64,000 bases of DNA from Rhodoferax sp. (GCA_031291295.1 JARLJI010000193.1:12921-76920), one strand, 5' to 3'. Positions 1 to 13,747 are shown, counted from the stretch's first letter. Translations and numbers: made by a program. The notes: a model not told the origin generated them from the letters alone.

Positions 1-640
1 GCGCCCCGACGGTGTCCCAGACTGCCACGGCGGTGATCGCGTCAACCGGGACGAAGGCGTCGTCGGGGAGGTCTCCCGACCCAAAGCAGCTGCGAATGTT
101 CACGAACTCGTCCAGCCCATCGAGCATCCGGCAGATCAGGGTGGAGTCGCTGCCGTGCCGGTAGCGGAACCAGGCCGCGACAGCGTTGTTGTATTTGTTG
201 GCCGGGTCGCTCGCCAGGTCGGGCCTGAGCAGCCCCTGCGCGGCAATCATGCCGGCCAGCGCCCGGGCGGTGTAGGCGCCGCGGCTGAAGCCGATGATGA
301 CGATGCGGTCGCCCGCGACGTAGTTGCGCGAGATGTAGGTGTAGCCGCGCGCAATGCGCGCCGTGACACCGACGCCAAATGCGCCGCCCGCGATCTTGTC
401 GATGAACACCTGGCTGTCGCCCACCCCGTGGATGTACTTGGCCACCTGGGTCGGCGCGCCCGTCGGGCCCAGCACGAGCTCCATTTCCTTGGTACCCCAG
501 TCGCCGTCGATGGCCCCCTGCAGCCAGCCGAACAGCTTGCAGACATTGGTGAGTTTGGGATCGCCCCCGTCACGGGTCTGATCGGTATCGCCGGGACCTT
601 CCCAGGTGCCATCCGCGCAAAACACAATTGTCTTGGCCAT
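1..640 (-). CDS. DUF2235 (Tle1-like alpha/beta-hydrolase) protein, 3' end outside the window
   Basis: Manual translation from ATG 640, preceded by RBS AAGGAGG: MAKTIVFCADGTW...TNVCKL...YIHGVG...IIGFSRGAYTARALAG. The DGTW, TNV, GVG and GFSRGA motifs are typical of DUF2235. Absent from the ORF track because it runs off the window. Confidence 0.85.
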   Translation of the reverse strand, partial: MAKTIVFCADGTWEGPGDTDQTRDGGDPKLTNVCKLFGWLQGAIDGDWGTKEMELVLGPTGAPTQVAKYIHGVGDSQVFIDKIAGGAFGVGVTARIARGYTYISRNYVAGDRIVIIGFSRGAYTARALAGMIAAQGLLRPDLASDPANKYNNAVAAWFRYRHGSDSTLICRMLDGLDEFVNIRSCFGSGDLPDDAFVPVDAITAVAVWDTVGA

Positions 641-717
641 GTCGTCCTCCTTGCTTGCGCCGACAACCATACGCCCATCCATGGCGCACAACAAGCTCAG
701 TCGGCCGCAGTCCGCAC

Positions 718-754
718 AATTAACCGACCGATCGGTCGGTTAATTCGGTATACT
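718..754 (+). promoter_or_regulatory. paa promoter with PaaR(TetR)-type operator palindrome
   Basis: Perfect 28-bp palindrome AATTAACCGACCGATCGGTCGGTTAATT (718-745) containing ACCGA-N4-TCGGT, followed by a -10-like TATACT (749-754), about 40 bp before paaA. Confidence 0.75.
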
Positions 755-794
755 GCGGCCGAACGCCCCATTGACCGGCGCAGGAGACCTTCGC

Positions 795-1835
795 ATGTAC
801 ACCCAGTCGCTCGACGTGCCCGATGGCGCGGACCCCGGCAAACCCGCGCTCAAGGCAGTGGCACGCCCCTTGAGTGAAGCGGAGGCTGCGCGGCAAACGC
901 AGTTGCAGACCCGCTTCGACGAAAAAATCGACGCCGACCAGAAAATCGAACCGCAGGACTGGATGCCCGAGGCGTATCGCAAGACGCTGGTGCGCCAGAT
1001 CAGCCAGCATGCGCACTCGGAGGTCATCGGCATGCAGCCCGAGGGCAACTGGATTTCGCGTGCACCCTCGCTCAAGCGCAAGGCCATCCTGCTGGCCAAG
1101 GTGCAGGACGAAGGCGGCCATGGCCTGTATCTGTACAGCGCGGCCGAAACGCTGGGCACCGCGCGCGAGCAGATGCTGGACGGCCTGCACAGCGGACGCG
1201 CCAAGTACAGCTCGATCTTCACCTACCCCACCCTGACCTGGGCCGATGTGGGCGTGATCGGCTGGCTGGTCGACGGCGCAGCCATCATGAACCAGATTCC
1301 GCTGTGCCGCTGCAGCTACGGACCCTACGCGCGCGCCATGATCCGCGTCTGCAAGGAGGAATCGTTCCACCAGCGCCAGGGCTACGAGAGCCTGCTGGTG
1401 CAGATGAAGGGCACGCCGGCCCAGCGCGCCATGGTGCAGGATGCGGTGGACCGCTGGTGGTGGCCGGTGCTGGCGATGTTCGGCCCGCCCGACGCCGACA
1501 GCCCGAACAGCGCGCAGGGCATGCGCTGGGGCATCAAGCGCATCTCCAACGACGAGCTGCGGCAGAAATTTGTCGACGCCACCGTGCCGCAAGCGAAAGT
1601 GCTGGGCGTGACCCTGCCCGACCCGGATCTGAAATGGAATGAGGCGCGCCAGCAGCACGACTACGGCGCGATCGACTGGGACGAGTTCTGGGCCACCGTC
1701 AACGGCAACGGCCCGTGCAACAAGGAACGCTTGGGCACGCGTGTGAAGGCGCACACGGAAGGCCAATGGGTGCGCGATGCTGCGCTGGCCCATGCCGCCA
1801 AACAAAAAGCCCGCCAACTGAAGGAAGTCGCATGA
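795..1835 (+). CDS. paaA: Phenylacetyl-CoA epoxidase subunit A
   Basis: [55 protein letters not shown] before ATG 795. Confidence 0.95.
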   Translation: MYTQSLDVPDGADPGKPALKAVARPLSEAEAARQTQLQTRFDEKIDADQKIEPQDWMPEAYRKTLVRQISQHAHSEVIGMQPEGNWISRAPSLKRKAILLAKVQDEGGHGLYLYSAAETLGTAREQMLDGLHSGRAKYSSIFTYPTLTWADVGVIGWLVDGAAIMNQIPLCRCSYGPYARAMIRVCKEESFHQRQGYESLLVQMKGTPAQRAMVQDAVDRWWWPVLAMFGPPDADSPNSAQGMRWGIKRISNDELRQKFVDATVPQAKVLGVTLPDPDLKWNEARQQHDYGAIDWDEFWATVNGNGPCNKERLGTRVKAHTEGQWVRDAALAHAAKQKARQLKEVA

Positions 1836-2167
1836 GCACACCCACCCCCTCCACCAACTCCGCGACGACCCTCGTGACACCGGCCCTCAAGGAGTGGCCG
1901 CTGTGGGAGGTTTTTGTGCGCAGCAAGCAGGGCCTGGAGCACAAGCACTGCGGCAGCCTGCACGCCGCCGACGCCGCGCAGGCGCTGCAAATGGCGCGCG
2001 ACGTGTACACACGGCGCCAGGAAGGCGTGAGCATCTGGGTCGTGCCGTCCGCCACCATCACCGCCAGTGCGCCGGACGACAAGGCCGAGTTCTTCGACCC
2101 CTCGGCCGACAAGATCTACCGCCACCCCACCTTCTACGAAATCCCCGACGAAGTGGGGCACATGTGA
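1832..2167 (+). CDS. paaB: Phenylacetyl-CoA epoxidase subunit B
   Basis: [25 protein letters not shown]...[17 protein letters not shown]...YRHPTFY. ATGA overlap with paaA. Confidence 0.95.
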   Translation: MSTPTPSTNSATTLVTPALKEWPLWEVFVRSKQGLEHKHCGSLHAADAAQALQMARDVYTRRQEGVSIWVVPSATITASAPDDKAEFFDPSADKIYRHPTFYEIPDEVGHM

Positions 2168-2961
2168 TGGCGGCGCACACCGACTACCTGCTGCACCTGG
2201 CCGACAACGCGCTGGTGCTGGGCCAGCGCAACGCCGAGTGGTGCGGCAACGGCCCGATTCTGGAAGAAGACATTGCGCTGGCCAACATGAGCCTGGACCT
2301 GATCGGCCAGGCCCGCCTGCTGTACCAGCACGTCGCCGCCCTCATGAGCGACGGCGCCACCGAGGCCGTGACGGAAGACGCGCTGGCCTACTTTCGCGAC
2401 GCCGCGGAGTTCCGCAACTACACCCTGCTGGAGTTGCCGCACCACGGTGCACTGGCGCCCTCCTCCGCCGCCGAGCGCGACTACGCCGTCACCATCACGC
2501 GCAACTTCCTCTACAGCGCATTGATGGTGTTGCTATGGGACGCGCTGCAGGCTTCCCGGGACGCGCAACTCGCCGCCATTGCCGCCAAGTCGCTGAAGGA
2601 AGTGCACTACCACCTGCGCCACTCGCGCGACTGGCTGGTGCGCCTGGGCGATGGCACGGCTGAATCGCACACAAGGGCGCAGGCCGCCTTGAACCATTTG
2701 ATGCCCTACACCCAGGAATTCTGGACGCCGAGCGCCATGGAAACCGCAGCCAGCGCGGACGCCACCGGCGTTGCCGCCGCGACACTGCAAGACGCCTGGA
2801 ACAGCCTGGTCGATGATGCGCTGCTCGAAGCCACGCTGGCGCGCCCGCCGGCCGGCGGCTACATCCCGCAGGGCAAGAACGGGCTGCACTCCGAGCACCT
2901 GAGCTACCTGCTGGGCGAGATGCAGGGGCTGGCGCGGCAACACCCCGAGGCCACGTGGTGA
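2167..2961 (+). CDS. paaC: Phenylacetyl-CoA epoxidase subunit C
   Basis: LHLADNALVLGQRNAEWCG..P.LEEDIALAN, KEVHYHLRHS, GLHSEHL. TGATG coupling to paaB. Confidence 0.95.
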   Translation: MAAHTDYLLHLADNALVLGQRNAEWCGNGPILEEDIALANMSLDLIGQARLLYQHVAALMSDGATEAVTEDALAYFRDAAEFRNYTLLELPHHGALAPSSAAERDYAVTITRNFLYSALMVLLWDALQASRDAQLAAIAAKSLKEVHYHLRHSRDWLVRLGDGTAESHTRAQAALNHLMPYTQEFWTPSAMETAASADATGVAAATLQDAWNSLVDDALLEATLARPPAGGYIPQGKNGLHSEHLSYLLGEMQGLARQHPEATW

Positions 2962-3488
2962 ATACCATCGCGCAAGCGCCGCTGGCGCCTGAGTTGCAGC
3001 AGGTGTGGGCGCTGCTCGAGACGGTCACCGACCCCGAGATCCCGGTGGTCTCGATCCGCGAGCTGGGCATCCTGCGCGACATCCGCCAGCGGGACGGCGA
3101 GCTCGAGATTGTCATTACCCCTACCTACAGCGGCTGCCCGGCCATGGGCCAGATCGAGGACGATGTGCGCGCCGCGCTGCAGGCGCACGGAATCGCCGCG
3201 CGGGTCGTGACACAACTCGCGCCGGCCTGGACCACCGACTGGATGACCGAGAGCGCCCGGACCCGGCTGCGCGAGTACGGCATCGCGCCGCCGCACACCC
3301 TGGCGGCCAGCAACGTGATTCGATTCGCTACAAAATCAGTAGCGCAACAGACAACCCCGGCGGTGGCTTGCCCGCGCTGCGGCTCGAAAAACACGACCGA
3401 GACCTCGCATTTCGGCTCGACCGCCTGCAAGGCCCTGTACCGGTGCCTGGCCTGCATGGAACCGTTCGACCTTTTCAAGCCCCACTAA
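2958..3488 (+). CDS. paaD: Phenylacetyl-CoA epoxidase subunit D (PaaD/PaaJ)
   Basis: DPEIPVVSI, TPTYSGCPAM, WTTDWM, CPRCGS...FGSTACKALYRC..C.EPFD.FK. GTGA overlap with paaC. Confidence 0.93.
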   Translation: MNTIAQAPLAPELQQVWALLETVTDPEIPVVSIRELGILRDIRQRDGELEIVITPTYSGCPAMGQIEDDVRAALQAHGIAARVVTQLAPAWTTDWMTESARTRLREYGIAPPHTLAASNVIRFATKSVAQQTTPAVACPRCGSKNTTETSHFGSTACKALYRCLACMEPFDLFKPH

Positions 3489-3533
3489 TCCCCTACGACC
3501 TCACACCGCACGCTCGCAACAGCGTCCCACCCC

Positions 3534-4637
3534 ATGGCCATCCCCCATTTTCATGACCTCACCGTCTCGCGCATCAGCCCCGAGGCAGCCGGCGCCGTGG
3601 CCGTCACGCTGGCGATTCCGCCCGCGCTGCGCGAAACCTTTGCGTTCGAGCCCGGCCAGTTCCTGACGCTGCGCGCCGACATCAACGGCGAATCGGTGCG
3701 CCGCAGCTACTCCATCTGCTGCCCGCGCAGCCAGCTGGCGCGCCAGAGCGAGCTGGAAGTCGGCATTCGCCCGATGGACGGCGGCGTGTTCTCCAACTGG
3801 GCCGCGACCCGACTCAAGGCCGGCGACACGATCGAAGTGATGCCGCCCGACGGGCGCTTCGGCGTGCGCCGCCCGCGCGCGCTGCACCGCGTGGGCTTTG
3901 CGGCGGGCTCCGGCATCACGCCCATCCTGTCCATCATTGCCTCCACGCTGGAAGAACAGCCCGAGTCCAGATTCACGCTGGTCTATGGCAACCGCCGCAT
4001 GGCCAGCGTGATGTTCAACGAAACACTGCAGGACCTGAAAGACCGCTATCCCTCGCGCCTCACGCTGATCCATGTGCTGTCGCGCCAGGCGCAGGAGGTG
4101 GACCTGCTGCAGGGCCGCATCGACGGCGACAAGGTGCGCGCCGTGATCGACACGCTGCTGCCCGTGGGGAGCATGGACGAGGTGTTCATCTGCGGCCCCG
4201 AGGCCATGATCGAGGCCACCGAAGCCGCGCTGCTGGCGGCCGGCGTGCCGCAGCGGCAGATTCATACCGAACGCTTCACCTCGCCGACGCTCGAAGCGCT
4301 CGACCCCGCCGCGCGCCGGGCCGCCGTGGCGGCCGGCCAGCAGAAGCCCGAGTGCGGAACCGTCGCGCTGACCGTGGTGCTCGACGGTAAACCGAACGAG
4401 CTGCGCATGGGACGCGGCGACCACGTGCTCGACGTCGCGCTGACCGCGGGGCTCGACCTGCCCTACTCGTGCAAGGCGGGGGTCTGTTGCACCTGCCGCG
4501 CCAAAGTGCTCGAGGGCGAGGTCCAGATGGACAAGAACTTCACGCTCGAGCCTTGGGAGATGGACAAGGGCTTTGTGCTGACCTGCCAGGCGCGCCCGTT
4601 GACGGACCGGCTGGTGGTGAGTTACGACGAGCGCTGA
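3534..4637 (+). CDS. paaE: Phenylacetyl-CoA epoxidase reductase subunit E (FAD/NAD, 2Fe-2S)
   Basis: PGQFLTL, RRSYSI, AAGSGITP, ICGP, and C-terminal PYSCKAGVCCTC...LTCQ ferredoxin. Confidence 0.93.
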   Translation: MAIPHFHDLTVSRISPEAAGAVAVTLAIPPALRETFAFEPGQFLTLRADINGESVRRSYSICCPRSQLARQSELEVGIRPMDGGVFSNWAATRLKAGDTIEVMPPDGRFGVRRPRALHRVGFAAGSGITPILSIIASTLEEQPESRFTLVYGNRRMASVMFNETLQDLKDRYPSRLTLIHVLSRQAQEVDLLQGRIDGDKVRAVIDTLLPVGSMDEVFICGPEAMIEATEAALLAAGVPQRQIHTERFTSPTLEALDPAARRAAVAAGQQKPECGTVALTVVLDGKPNELRMGRGDHVLDVALTAGLDLPYSCKAGVCCTCRAKVLEGEVQMDKNFTLEPWEMDKGFVLTCQARPLTDRLVVSYDER

Positions 4638-4676
4638 GGCGGCCAGCGCGGGCGGCGCGCCCGACATAATGGCGGC

Positions 4677-5573
4677 ATGCCGCCCCGCCCCCAGCAACGC
4701 CTCGCCGTTGCGCTGATCTTCATCACCCCCGCCCTCTGGTCCGTCAACTACCTGGTCGCGCGCCGCGCGCCCGGCGTGATCGAGCCGCACATGCTGGCCG
4801 TGCAGCGCTGGCTAATGGCGGGGCTGGCTTTCTGCTTTTTTGCGCGCGCCGAGCTGTGGGCCCGGCGCCGCGACATCCTGGCCGACTGGCGCCACACCGT
4901 GGTGCTCGGCGCACTGGGCATGTGGATCTGCGGCGCCTGGGTCTACCTGGGCGGACACAGCACCAGCGCCACCAACATTGCGCTGATCTACGCACTGTCG
5001 CCGGTGATGATCGTCGTGATCTCCCGGCTCTGGCTGAAGGAGCCCTTCAGCGTCGTGCAGGCCTTCGGGGTGGCGCTGGCGCTCACGGGCGTGCTGCATG
5101 TGGTGCTCAAGGGCGAGTGGGCGCAGCTGGCCGAGGTGCAGTGGGCGGTGGGCGACGCCTGGATCCTGGCCGCCACCGTGTCGTGGACGTTTTACTCGCT
5201 GCTGCTCAGGCGCTGGCCCAGCCCGCTCGGGGACGGGGCGCGGCTCGGTGTGATCAGCCTGGCCGGCGTGGCGGTGATGCTGCCGTTCGCCGCCTGGGAG
5301 GCCGTGTCCAGCCCGGTGCCCGCGTTCTCAAAGGCTGGGTTCGAGCTGGCGCTGGCCGCCGCCATCCTGCCGGGCTTCGCCGCGTATCTCGCCTATTCGC
5401 TCATGCTGCGCGAGCTGGGCGCCGCGCGCGTCAGCGTGGTGCTGTACCTGGGGCCGCTGTACGCGGCCGTCATGGCGTGGCTGGTGCTGGGCGAGCCGGT
5501 GCACGAGTACCACGCGGTGGGCCTGGCGCTGGTGCTGCCGGGCATTTACCTGGTCAACCGCCGGCCCGACTGA
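4677..5573 (+). CDS. DMT/EamA family transporter
   Basis: About 10 hydrophobic segments in two EamA-like halves (LWSVNY; LGE motif near the C-terminus). Confidence 0.85.
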   Translation: MPPRPQQRLAVALIFITPALWSVNYLVARRAPGVIEPHMLAVQRWLMAGLAFCFFARAELWARRRDILADWRHTVVLGALGMWICGAWVYLGGHSTSATNIALIYALSPVMIVVISRLWLKEPFSVVQAFGVALALTGVLHVVLKGEWAQLAEVQWAVGDAWILAATVSWTFYSLLLRRWPSPLGDGARLGVISLAGVAVMLPFAAWEAVSSPVPAFSKAGFELALAAAILPGFAAYLAYSLMLRELGAARVSVVLYLGPLYAAVMAWLVLGEPVHEYHAVGLALVLPGIYLVNRRPD

Positions 5574-5597
5574 CGGGCCGGCCTCAAACGCGCGGCT

Positions 5598-6875
5598 TCA
5601 GACCGCGGCGAGCGCCTGGTCCAGGTCTTCCAGCAGATCGTCAATGTGCTCGATGCCGAGCGACAGGCGCACCATGCCTTCCGTGACACCGGCCTTGGCC
5701 AGTTCCTGCGGATTGAGCTGGCGGTGCGTGGTCGAGGCCGGATGGCAGGCCAGCGATTTGGCGTCGCCAATATTCACCAGCCGCAGGAACAGCTTGAGCG
5801 CATCCTGGAACCGGCCGCCGGCCGCGCGGCCGTCCTGCGCCTTCAGGTTGAAGCTGATGATGCCCGAGGCGCGCCCTTTCATGAGCTTCTTGACCAGCGC
5901 ATGGTCCGGGTGGTCGGGCAGGCCGGCATAGTTGACCGACGCGATCTTGGGATGTGTTTGCAGGTGCTGCGCCACGCGCAGCGCGTTGTCGCAAATGCGG
6001 TCCATGCGCAGCGCCAGCGTCTCGATGCCCTGCAGGAGCTGGAACGCGTTCATCGGGCTCAGCGCGCCGCCCAGGTTGCGCAGCGGCACCACGCGCGCGC
6101 GGCCGATATAGGCGGCCGGGCCGAAGGCCTCGGTATAGACCACGCCGTGGTAGCTCACGTCGGGCTCGTTCAGGCGCTTGAAGCGCGCCTTGTGCTCGGC
6201 CCATGGGAACTTGCCCGAATCGACGATCGCGCCGCCCAGGCTGGTGCCATGGCCGCCCAGGTACTTGGTCAGCGCGTGCACCACGATGTCGGCCCCGTGC
6301 TCGAACGGGCGGCACAGGTACGGGCTGGGCACAGTGTTGTCGACGATCAGCGGCACACCGTGGTCGTGCGCCACCTTGGCCAGCGCGGCCAGGTCGGTCA
6401 CATTGCCCAGCGGGTTGCCGATGGATTCGCAAAAGATCGCCTTGGTGCGGCCGTCGATCAACTTGGCAAACGAGGCCGGGTCGCGGTAGTCGGCAAAGCG
6501 CACCTCGATGCCCATTTGCGGAAATGTGTGCGCGAACAGGTTGTAAGTGCCGCCATACAGCGTTGAGGCCGACACGATGTTGTCGCCGGCCTCGGTGATG
6601 GTCTGGATGGAATAGGCGACAGCGGTCATGCCCGAGGCCACCGCAAGCGCCCCGATGCCACCCTCGAGCGCCGCCACGCGGGCTTCCAGCACGGCCGTGG
6701 TCGGGTTCATGATGCGGGTGTAGATGTTGCCCGCCACCTTCAGGTCGAACAGGTCGGCGCCATGCTGCGTGTTGTCGAACGCATAGGCCACGGTCTGGTA
6801 GATCGGCACCGCCACCGCCTTGGTGGTGGGATCGGGGCTGTAGCCGCCATGGACGGCAATCGTTTCAATCTTCAT
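5598..6875 (-). CDS. metY: O-acetylhomoserine aminocarboxypropyltransferase (sulfhydrylase)
   Basis: AVPIYQT, IYTRIMNPT, DNTVPSP, PLP lysine in HALTKYLGGHG, HPASTTH. RBS GGAGG before ATG 6875. Confidence 0.9.
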   Translation of the reverse strand: MKIETIAVHGGYSPDPTTKAVAVPIYQTVAYAFDNTQHGADLFDLKVAGNIYTRIMNPTTAVLEARVAALEGGIGALAVASGMTAVAYSIQTITEAGDNIVSASTLYGGTYNLFAHTFPQMGIEVRFADYRDPASFAKLIDGRTKAIFCESIGNPLGNVTDLAALAKVAHDHGVPLIVDNTVPSPYLCRPFEHGADIVVHALTKYLGGHGTSLGGAIVDSGKFPWAEHKARFKRLNEPDVSYHGVVYTEAFGPAAYIGRARVVPLRNLGGALSPMNAFQLLQGIETLALRMDRICDNALRVAQHLQTHPKIASVNYAGLPDHPDHALVKKLMKGRASGIISFNLKAQDGRAAGGRFQDALKLFLRLVNIGDAKSLACHPASTTHRQLNPQELAKAGVTEGMVRLSLGIEHIDDLLEDLDQALAAV

Positions 6876-6949
6876 GCGTTTTTCCTCCACAAAAGCCTGA
6901 CATCCTAGACCGCTCCCGGCCTGCTGTCGACGACGAAGAAGTTACAAGC

Positions 6950-7789
6950 TCATAACCCGAGCCGGCGGCAGATCTCCAGCGTCGCCGTGGACTGGTTCAT
7001 AGTGTAGAAGTGCAGCCCCGGCACCCCGGCGCTGCGCAGGAGCGTGCACAGGTCGGTCACCACGTCCAGGCCAAAGGCCTTAATGCTCGCGGTGTCGTCG
7101 CCAAAGCTTTGCAGGCGCAGACGGATCCAGCGCGGGATTTCAGCGCCGCAGGCGTCGGAAAAGCGCATCAGCTGGGTGGAACTGGTGATCGGCATGATGC
7201 CGGGCACCACCGGCACATCGACGCCGAGCTTGCGCGTCTCGTCCACGAAGCGCAGGTAGGCGGCGGCGCTGTAGAAGTATTGCGTGATGGCCGAGTCGGC
7301 GCCGGCCTTGACCTTGGTGGCGAAGGCCTGCAGGTCCGCCTGCGGCGATCGGGCCTGCGGGTGAATCTCGGGGTAGGCGGCGACCTCGATGTGAAAGTGA
7401 TCGCCCGTTTCGGCCCGGATAAAGGCCACCAGGTCGCTCGCATGGTGGAACTCGCTGCCGGCGCCGTAGCCGCTGGGCAGGTCGCCGCGCAAGGCCACCA
7501 GCCGCTTGACCTTCATGGCCCGGAGCTGGCCCAGTTGCTCGCGCACCGAGGCGCGGGTCGCGCCGATGCACGAGAAATGCGACGCGCCCTCGACGCCTTC
7601 GGCCAGGATGTCGCGCACCGTGGCGAAAGTGCCTTCGTGCGTGGAGCCGCCCGCGCCGTAAGTGACCGAGCAAAACTCGGGCTTTTGCGTGTACAGGGCC
7701 TGCCGCACCACGCGCAGCTTCTCGACGCCTTCGGGCGTTTTCGGCGGGAAGAATTCAAAACTGACTGGGAGGGTGGATGGGGGGTTCAT
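6950..7789 (-). CDS. metF: 5,10-methylenetetrahydrofolate reductase
   Basis: SFEFFPPKT, SVTYGAGGS, ALRGD, AAYPEIHP, ITQYF, HFYTMN. Confidence 0.95.
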   Translation of the reverse strand: MNPPSTLPVSFEFFPPKTPEGVEKLRVVRQALYTQKPEFCSVTYGAGGSTHEGTFATVRDILAEGVEGASHFSCIGATRASVREQLGQLRAMKVKRLVALRGDLPSGYGAGSEFHHASDLVAFIRAETGDHFHIEVAAYPEIHPQARSPQADLQAFATKVKAGADSAITQYFYSAAAYLRFVDETRKLGVDVPVVPGIMPITSSTQLMRFSDACGAEIPRWIRLRLQSFGDDTASIKAFGLDVVTDLCTLLRSAGVPGLHFYTMNQSTATLEICRRLGL

Positions 7790-8577
7790 GGTTTGGTGGC
7801 GTAAACAAAAAATTCGCGGTTGCCATCGCCGCCAGTAATAACACTGTCGTACCAGCCCAGCACCTGCATCTCCAGGGACGCCAGGCAGTCGCGAATGCGC
7901 TGCTCGACCAGGGTGTAGAGCGCGGCGTCCTTGACGATGCCGCCCTTGCCGACCTGGCCCGGTTGCAGCTCGAACTGCGGCTTGACCAGCATCAGCAGGG
8001 CGCCCTGCGGCTGGAGCAGGGGCACCAGCGCCGGCAACACCAGTGTGAGCGAGATGAACGACAGGTCGCCCACGATCACCTCAAAGTTTTCATCAAATGT
8101 GGCTGCAGCCCCCGTCTCATCTTCGCTGTTAGCTACTAAATCAGTAGCATCCAGGGCACGGGCGTTGACGCCCTCGATGCACACCACGCGCGCGTCGCCG
8201 CGCATATTCGGGTGCAGCTGGCCATGGCCCACGTCCACGCCGACCACGCTGGCCGCGCCGTGCTGCAGCAGGCAATCGGTGAAGCCCCCGGTGGACTGGC
8301 CAACGTCCAGGCAACGCTTGCCGGCCACGCTCAAACCGCTCTGGCGCAGCGCGCCCTCCAACTTGAGGCCGCCGCGCGACACGTAGCGCGCCTCGGCGGC
8401 ATCAAGCAGTTCAATGCGCGCGTCCGGCGGCACGTCGTCGCTGTTTTTGGCGATGGTTTTCCAGGCCGCGGCGTGCGTCATGGCGGGCTGCCAGCGCACG
8501 CCCGCCGCGATCAGGCGCTGGGCCTGCGAACGCGACGTGGCAAGGCCGCGTCCCTGCAGCAACTGGTCGGCGCGCAT
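7786..8577 (-). CDS. tlyA: TlyA family RNA methyltransferase
   Basis: S4-like N-terminus, YVSRGGLKL, LDVGQSTGGFTD, DLSFISL, KPQFE, GNREF. Confidence 0.9.
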   Translation of the reverse strand: MRADQLLQGRGLATSRSQAQRLIAAGVRWQPAMTHAAAWKTIAKNSDDVPPDARIELLDAAEARYVSRGGLKLEGALRQSGLSVAGKRCLDVGQSTGGFTDCLLQHGAASVVGVDVGHGQLHPNMRGDARVVCIEGVNARALDATDLVANSEDETGAAATFDENFEVIVGDLSFISLTLVLPALVPLLQPQGALLMLVKPQFELQPGQVGKGGIVKDAALYTLVEQRIRDCLASLEMQVLGWYDSVITGGDGNREFFVYATKP

Positions 8578-8581
8578 GCGC

Positions 8582-10015
<1,434 letters not shown>

Positions 10016-10082
10016 GGTTAACTCCAAAATGAATTAGAACAACCACGGGCTGCGGGGGAAAACTCACCGCACAGACCCGTGG

Positions 10083-10176
10083 GTGAGCGCAGTTGATGCA
10101 CGGCGCGCCGGGTTTGGCAAGCCATGCTGTCCGAGCCTCGTTCACACGGTGTGAACTGCAACGCTCCTCGGAAGCT
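10083..10176 (-). ncRNA. SAH riboswitch
   Basis: Minus strand reads CCGAGGAGCGTTGC...AGGCTCGG...CAACTGCGCTCAC in the ahcY leader. CCGAG/CTCGG and GAGCG/CGCTC pairings match the known SAH riboswitch pseudoknot. Confidence 0.85.
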
Positions 10177-10236
10177 GCGTATTTTAACGTGAAGTTCAGA
10201 CGGCGGGGTCGGGATGGACCCTGGCCGCAACAGGAC

Positions 10237-10743
10237 TCACTGGAGAATCCCCAGGTTGCTTTGCCAGATGGACCAGGTCAGCGCCGATGCAAAAGACACC
10301 CACACCAGGTACGGCAGCATGAGTACCGCGGCCAGGCGGCGGATGCGCCAGAACGCGACGATGGTGGCGGCGATGAGCAGCAGCAGCACCAGCACCTCTG
10401 CGGACGCCAGCGCCCCCTGGTGCCAGGCGAAGAAAAGCCACGACCACAGTGCATTGGCGACCAGTTGCGCAACAAACAGCGTCAGTGCCTCTCGCGTTGC
10501 CGCCCGCTCGCGCCACACCAGCCATGCGGCCACGCCCATGAGTGCGTAGAGGACCGACCAGACCGGCCCGAAGACGGATGCCGGCGGCGCCCACGACGGG
10601 CGCACGAGTTGCGCGTAGAACGATGCCGCCTCGACCGAGGCAATGGCGCCGACACCGGCCGCCACAAACGCAATCACGAGCCACGCGATTAACCCCAGGG
10701 CTTGCATTTGACGGGAACGCTGCTGCGGGGTAGTGGTTGGCAT
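10237..10743 (-). CDS. tspO: TspO/MBR family membrane protein
   Basis: FYAQLVRPSWAPPASVFGPVWSVLY..MG, QLVANALWSWLFF, LPYLVWVSFA. Start codon uncertain. Confidence 0.9.
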   Translation of the reverse strand: MPTTTPQQRSRQMQALGLIAWLVIAFVAAGVGAIASVEAASFYAQLVRPSWAPPASVFGPVWSVLYALMGVAAWLVWRERAATREALTLFVAQLVANALWSWLFFAWHQGALASAEVLVLLLLIAATIVAFWRIRRLAAVLMLPYLVWVSFASALTWSIWQSNLGILQ

Positions 10744-11050
10744 GGTGTAAACAATGAGGGGGGACGTCGCGAACAGTATCACCACGCCTTGACCCGTTAA
10801 GCGGGTGAACCGCAGCAAAGGCCGCTTCGGATGCTGGACATACGACTACAGGCGCCTTCCCCAAGGCTGAAACTGTCGGTCAGTTTCTTGCGCTTTCGGC
10901 GGAGTCCACGTAGGAACGGTTGAGCATCATCTGAGCAGTACGGCAATTTCGGGGACGGCAGTGCCAAGAATGACTCCTAGAAATAACCAAGACACCTCAA
11001 TGGCCGGGCGGACTGAAGTGATTCCGTAACCATTGCGTCATTTTTGCCCC

Positions 11051-11497
11051 TTAATGAGTGCCGTGCACATGCTTGCGGCTTTTCGGCGGCGGGCGGTCTG
11101 CCACCATCTCGCCCGACAGCCCCTTGAGAATGCCGCAATCGGCGGCCGCGTTGGCCTCGCTGCATTGGTGCCGCAGCACCTTTAGCTGCTTCTCCAGGGC
11201 GCGCAGCTCGCGGATGCGCTGTGCCACATGGCCGATATGCGCATCCAGCAATTCGTTGACCCCCGCGCAGTTCTCCTGCGGCGAGGCCTTGAAACGTAAC
11301 AGCGCGCGAATCTCGTCGAGCGCCATATCGAACGTGCGGCAGTGGCGGATAAACGTCAGCCGCTCGACATGCTGCTGGCCGTAGATACGGTAGTTGCCGT
11401 CGGTCCGGCCCGCCGGCGGCAGCAGGCCTTCGCGCTCGTAAAAGCGGATGGTCTCCAGCGGGGTGCCCGTCGCCCGGGCCAGTTCGCCGATCTTCAT
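11051..11497 (-). CDS. cadR: Cd(II)/Pb(II)-responsive MerR-family regulator
   Basis: MKIGELA...ETIRFYEREGLL...NYR.Y, FIRHCR, three metal-binding Cys (ENC, HQC, DCGIL), His-containing tail. Confidence 0.88.
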   Translation of the reverse strand: MKIGELARATGTPLETIRFYEREGLLPPAGRTDGNYRIYGQQHVERLTFIRHCRTFDMALDEIRALLRFKASPQENCAGVNELLDAHIGHVAQRIRELRALEKQLKVLRHQCSEANAAADCGILKGLSGEMVADRPPPKSRKHVHGTH

Positions 11498-11520
11498 GGG
11501 AAGTTTCCTCTGAATGCCCC

Positions 11521-11551
11521 TTGACTCTATACCCGCTACAGGGTCTTCAAT
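11521..11551 (+). promoter_or_regulatory. MerR-type promoter with 19-bp spacer
   Basis: TTGACT, then 19 nt (CTATACCCGCTACAGGGTC), then TTCAAT, with imperfect dyad ACTCTATA/TACAGGGT, between divergent cadR and the ATPase gene. Confidence 0.85.
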
Positions 11552-11577
11552 AGAGGACAGACAAGGAAAACCATCCC

Positions 11578-13629
<2,052 letters not shown>

Positions 13630-13747
13630 CGCCGTTCACCGGCCCGCACGTGCATTTTTTCGGACTCGGCGGTCCGGCCGGTTTTGGCATAAGCGAAAAT
13701 GACGCCACACGCTCCACCAATCCGTACCTATTCAAGAAATCGACCGC

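Noticed and set aside
10869-10887. Inverted repeat GAAACTG-N5-CAGTTTC between tspO and cadR
   Set aside because: A 7-bp stem with no supporting context could be chance.
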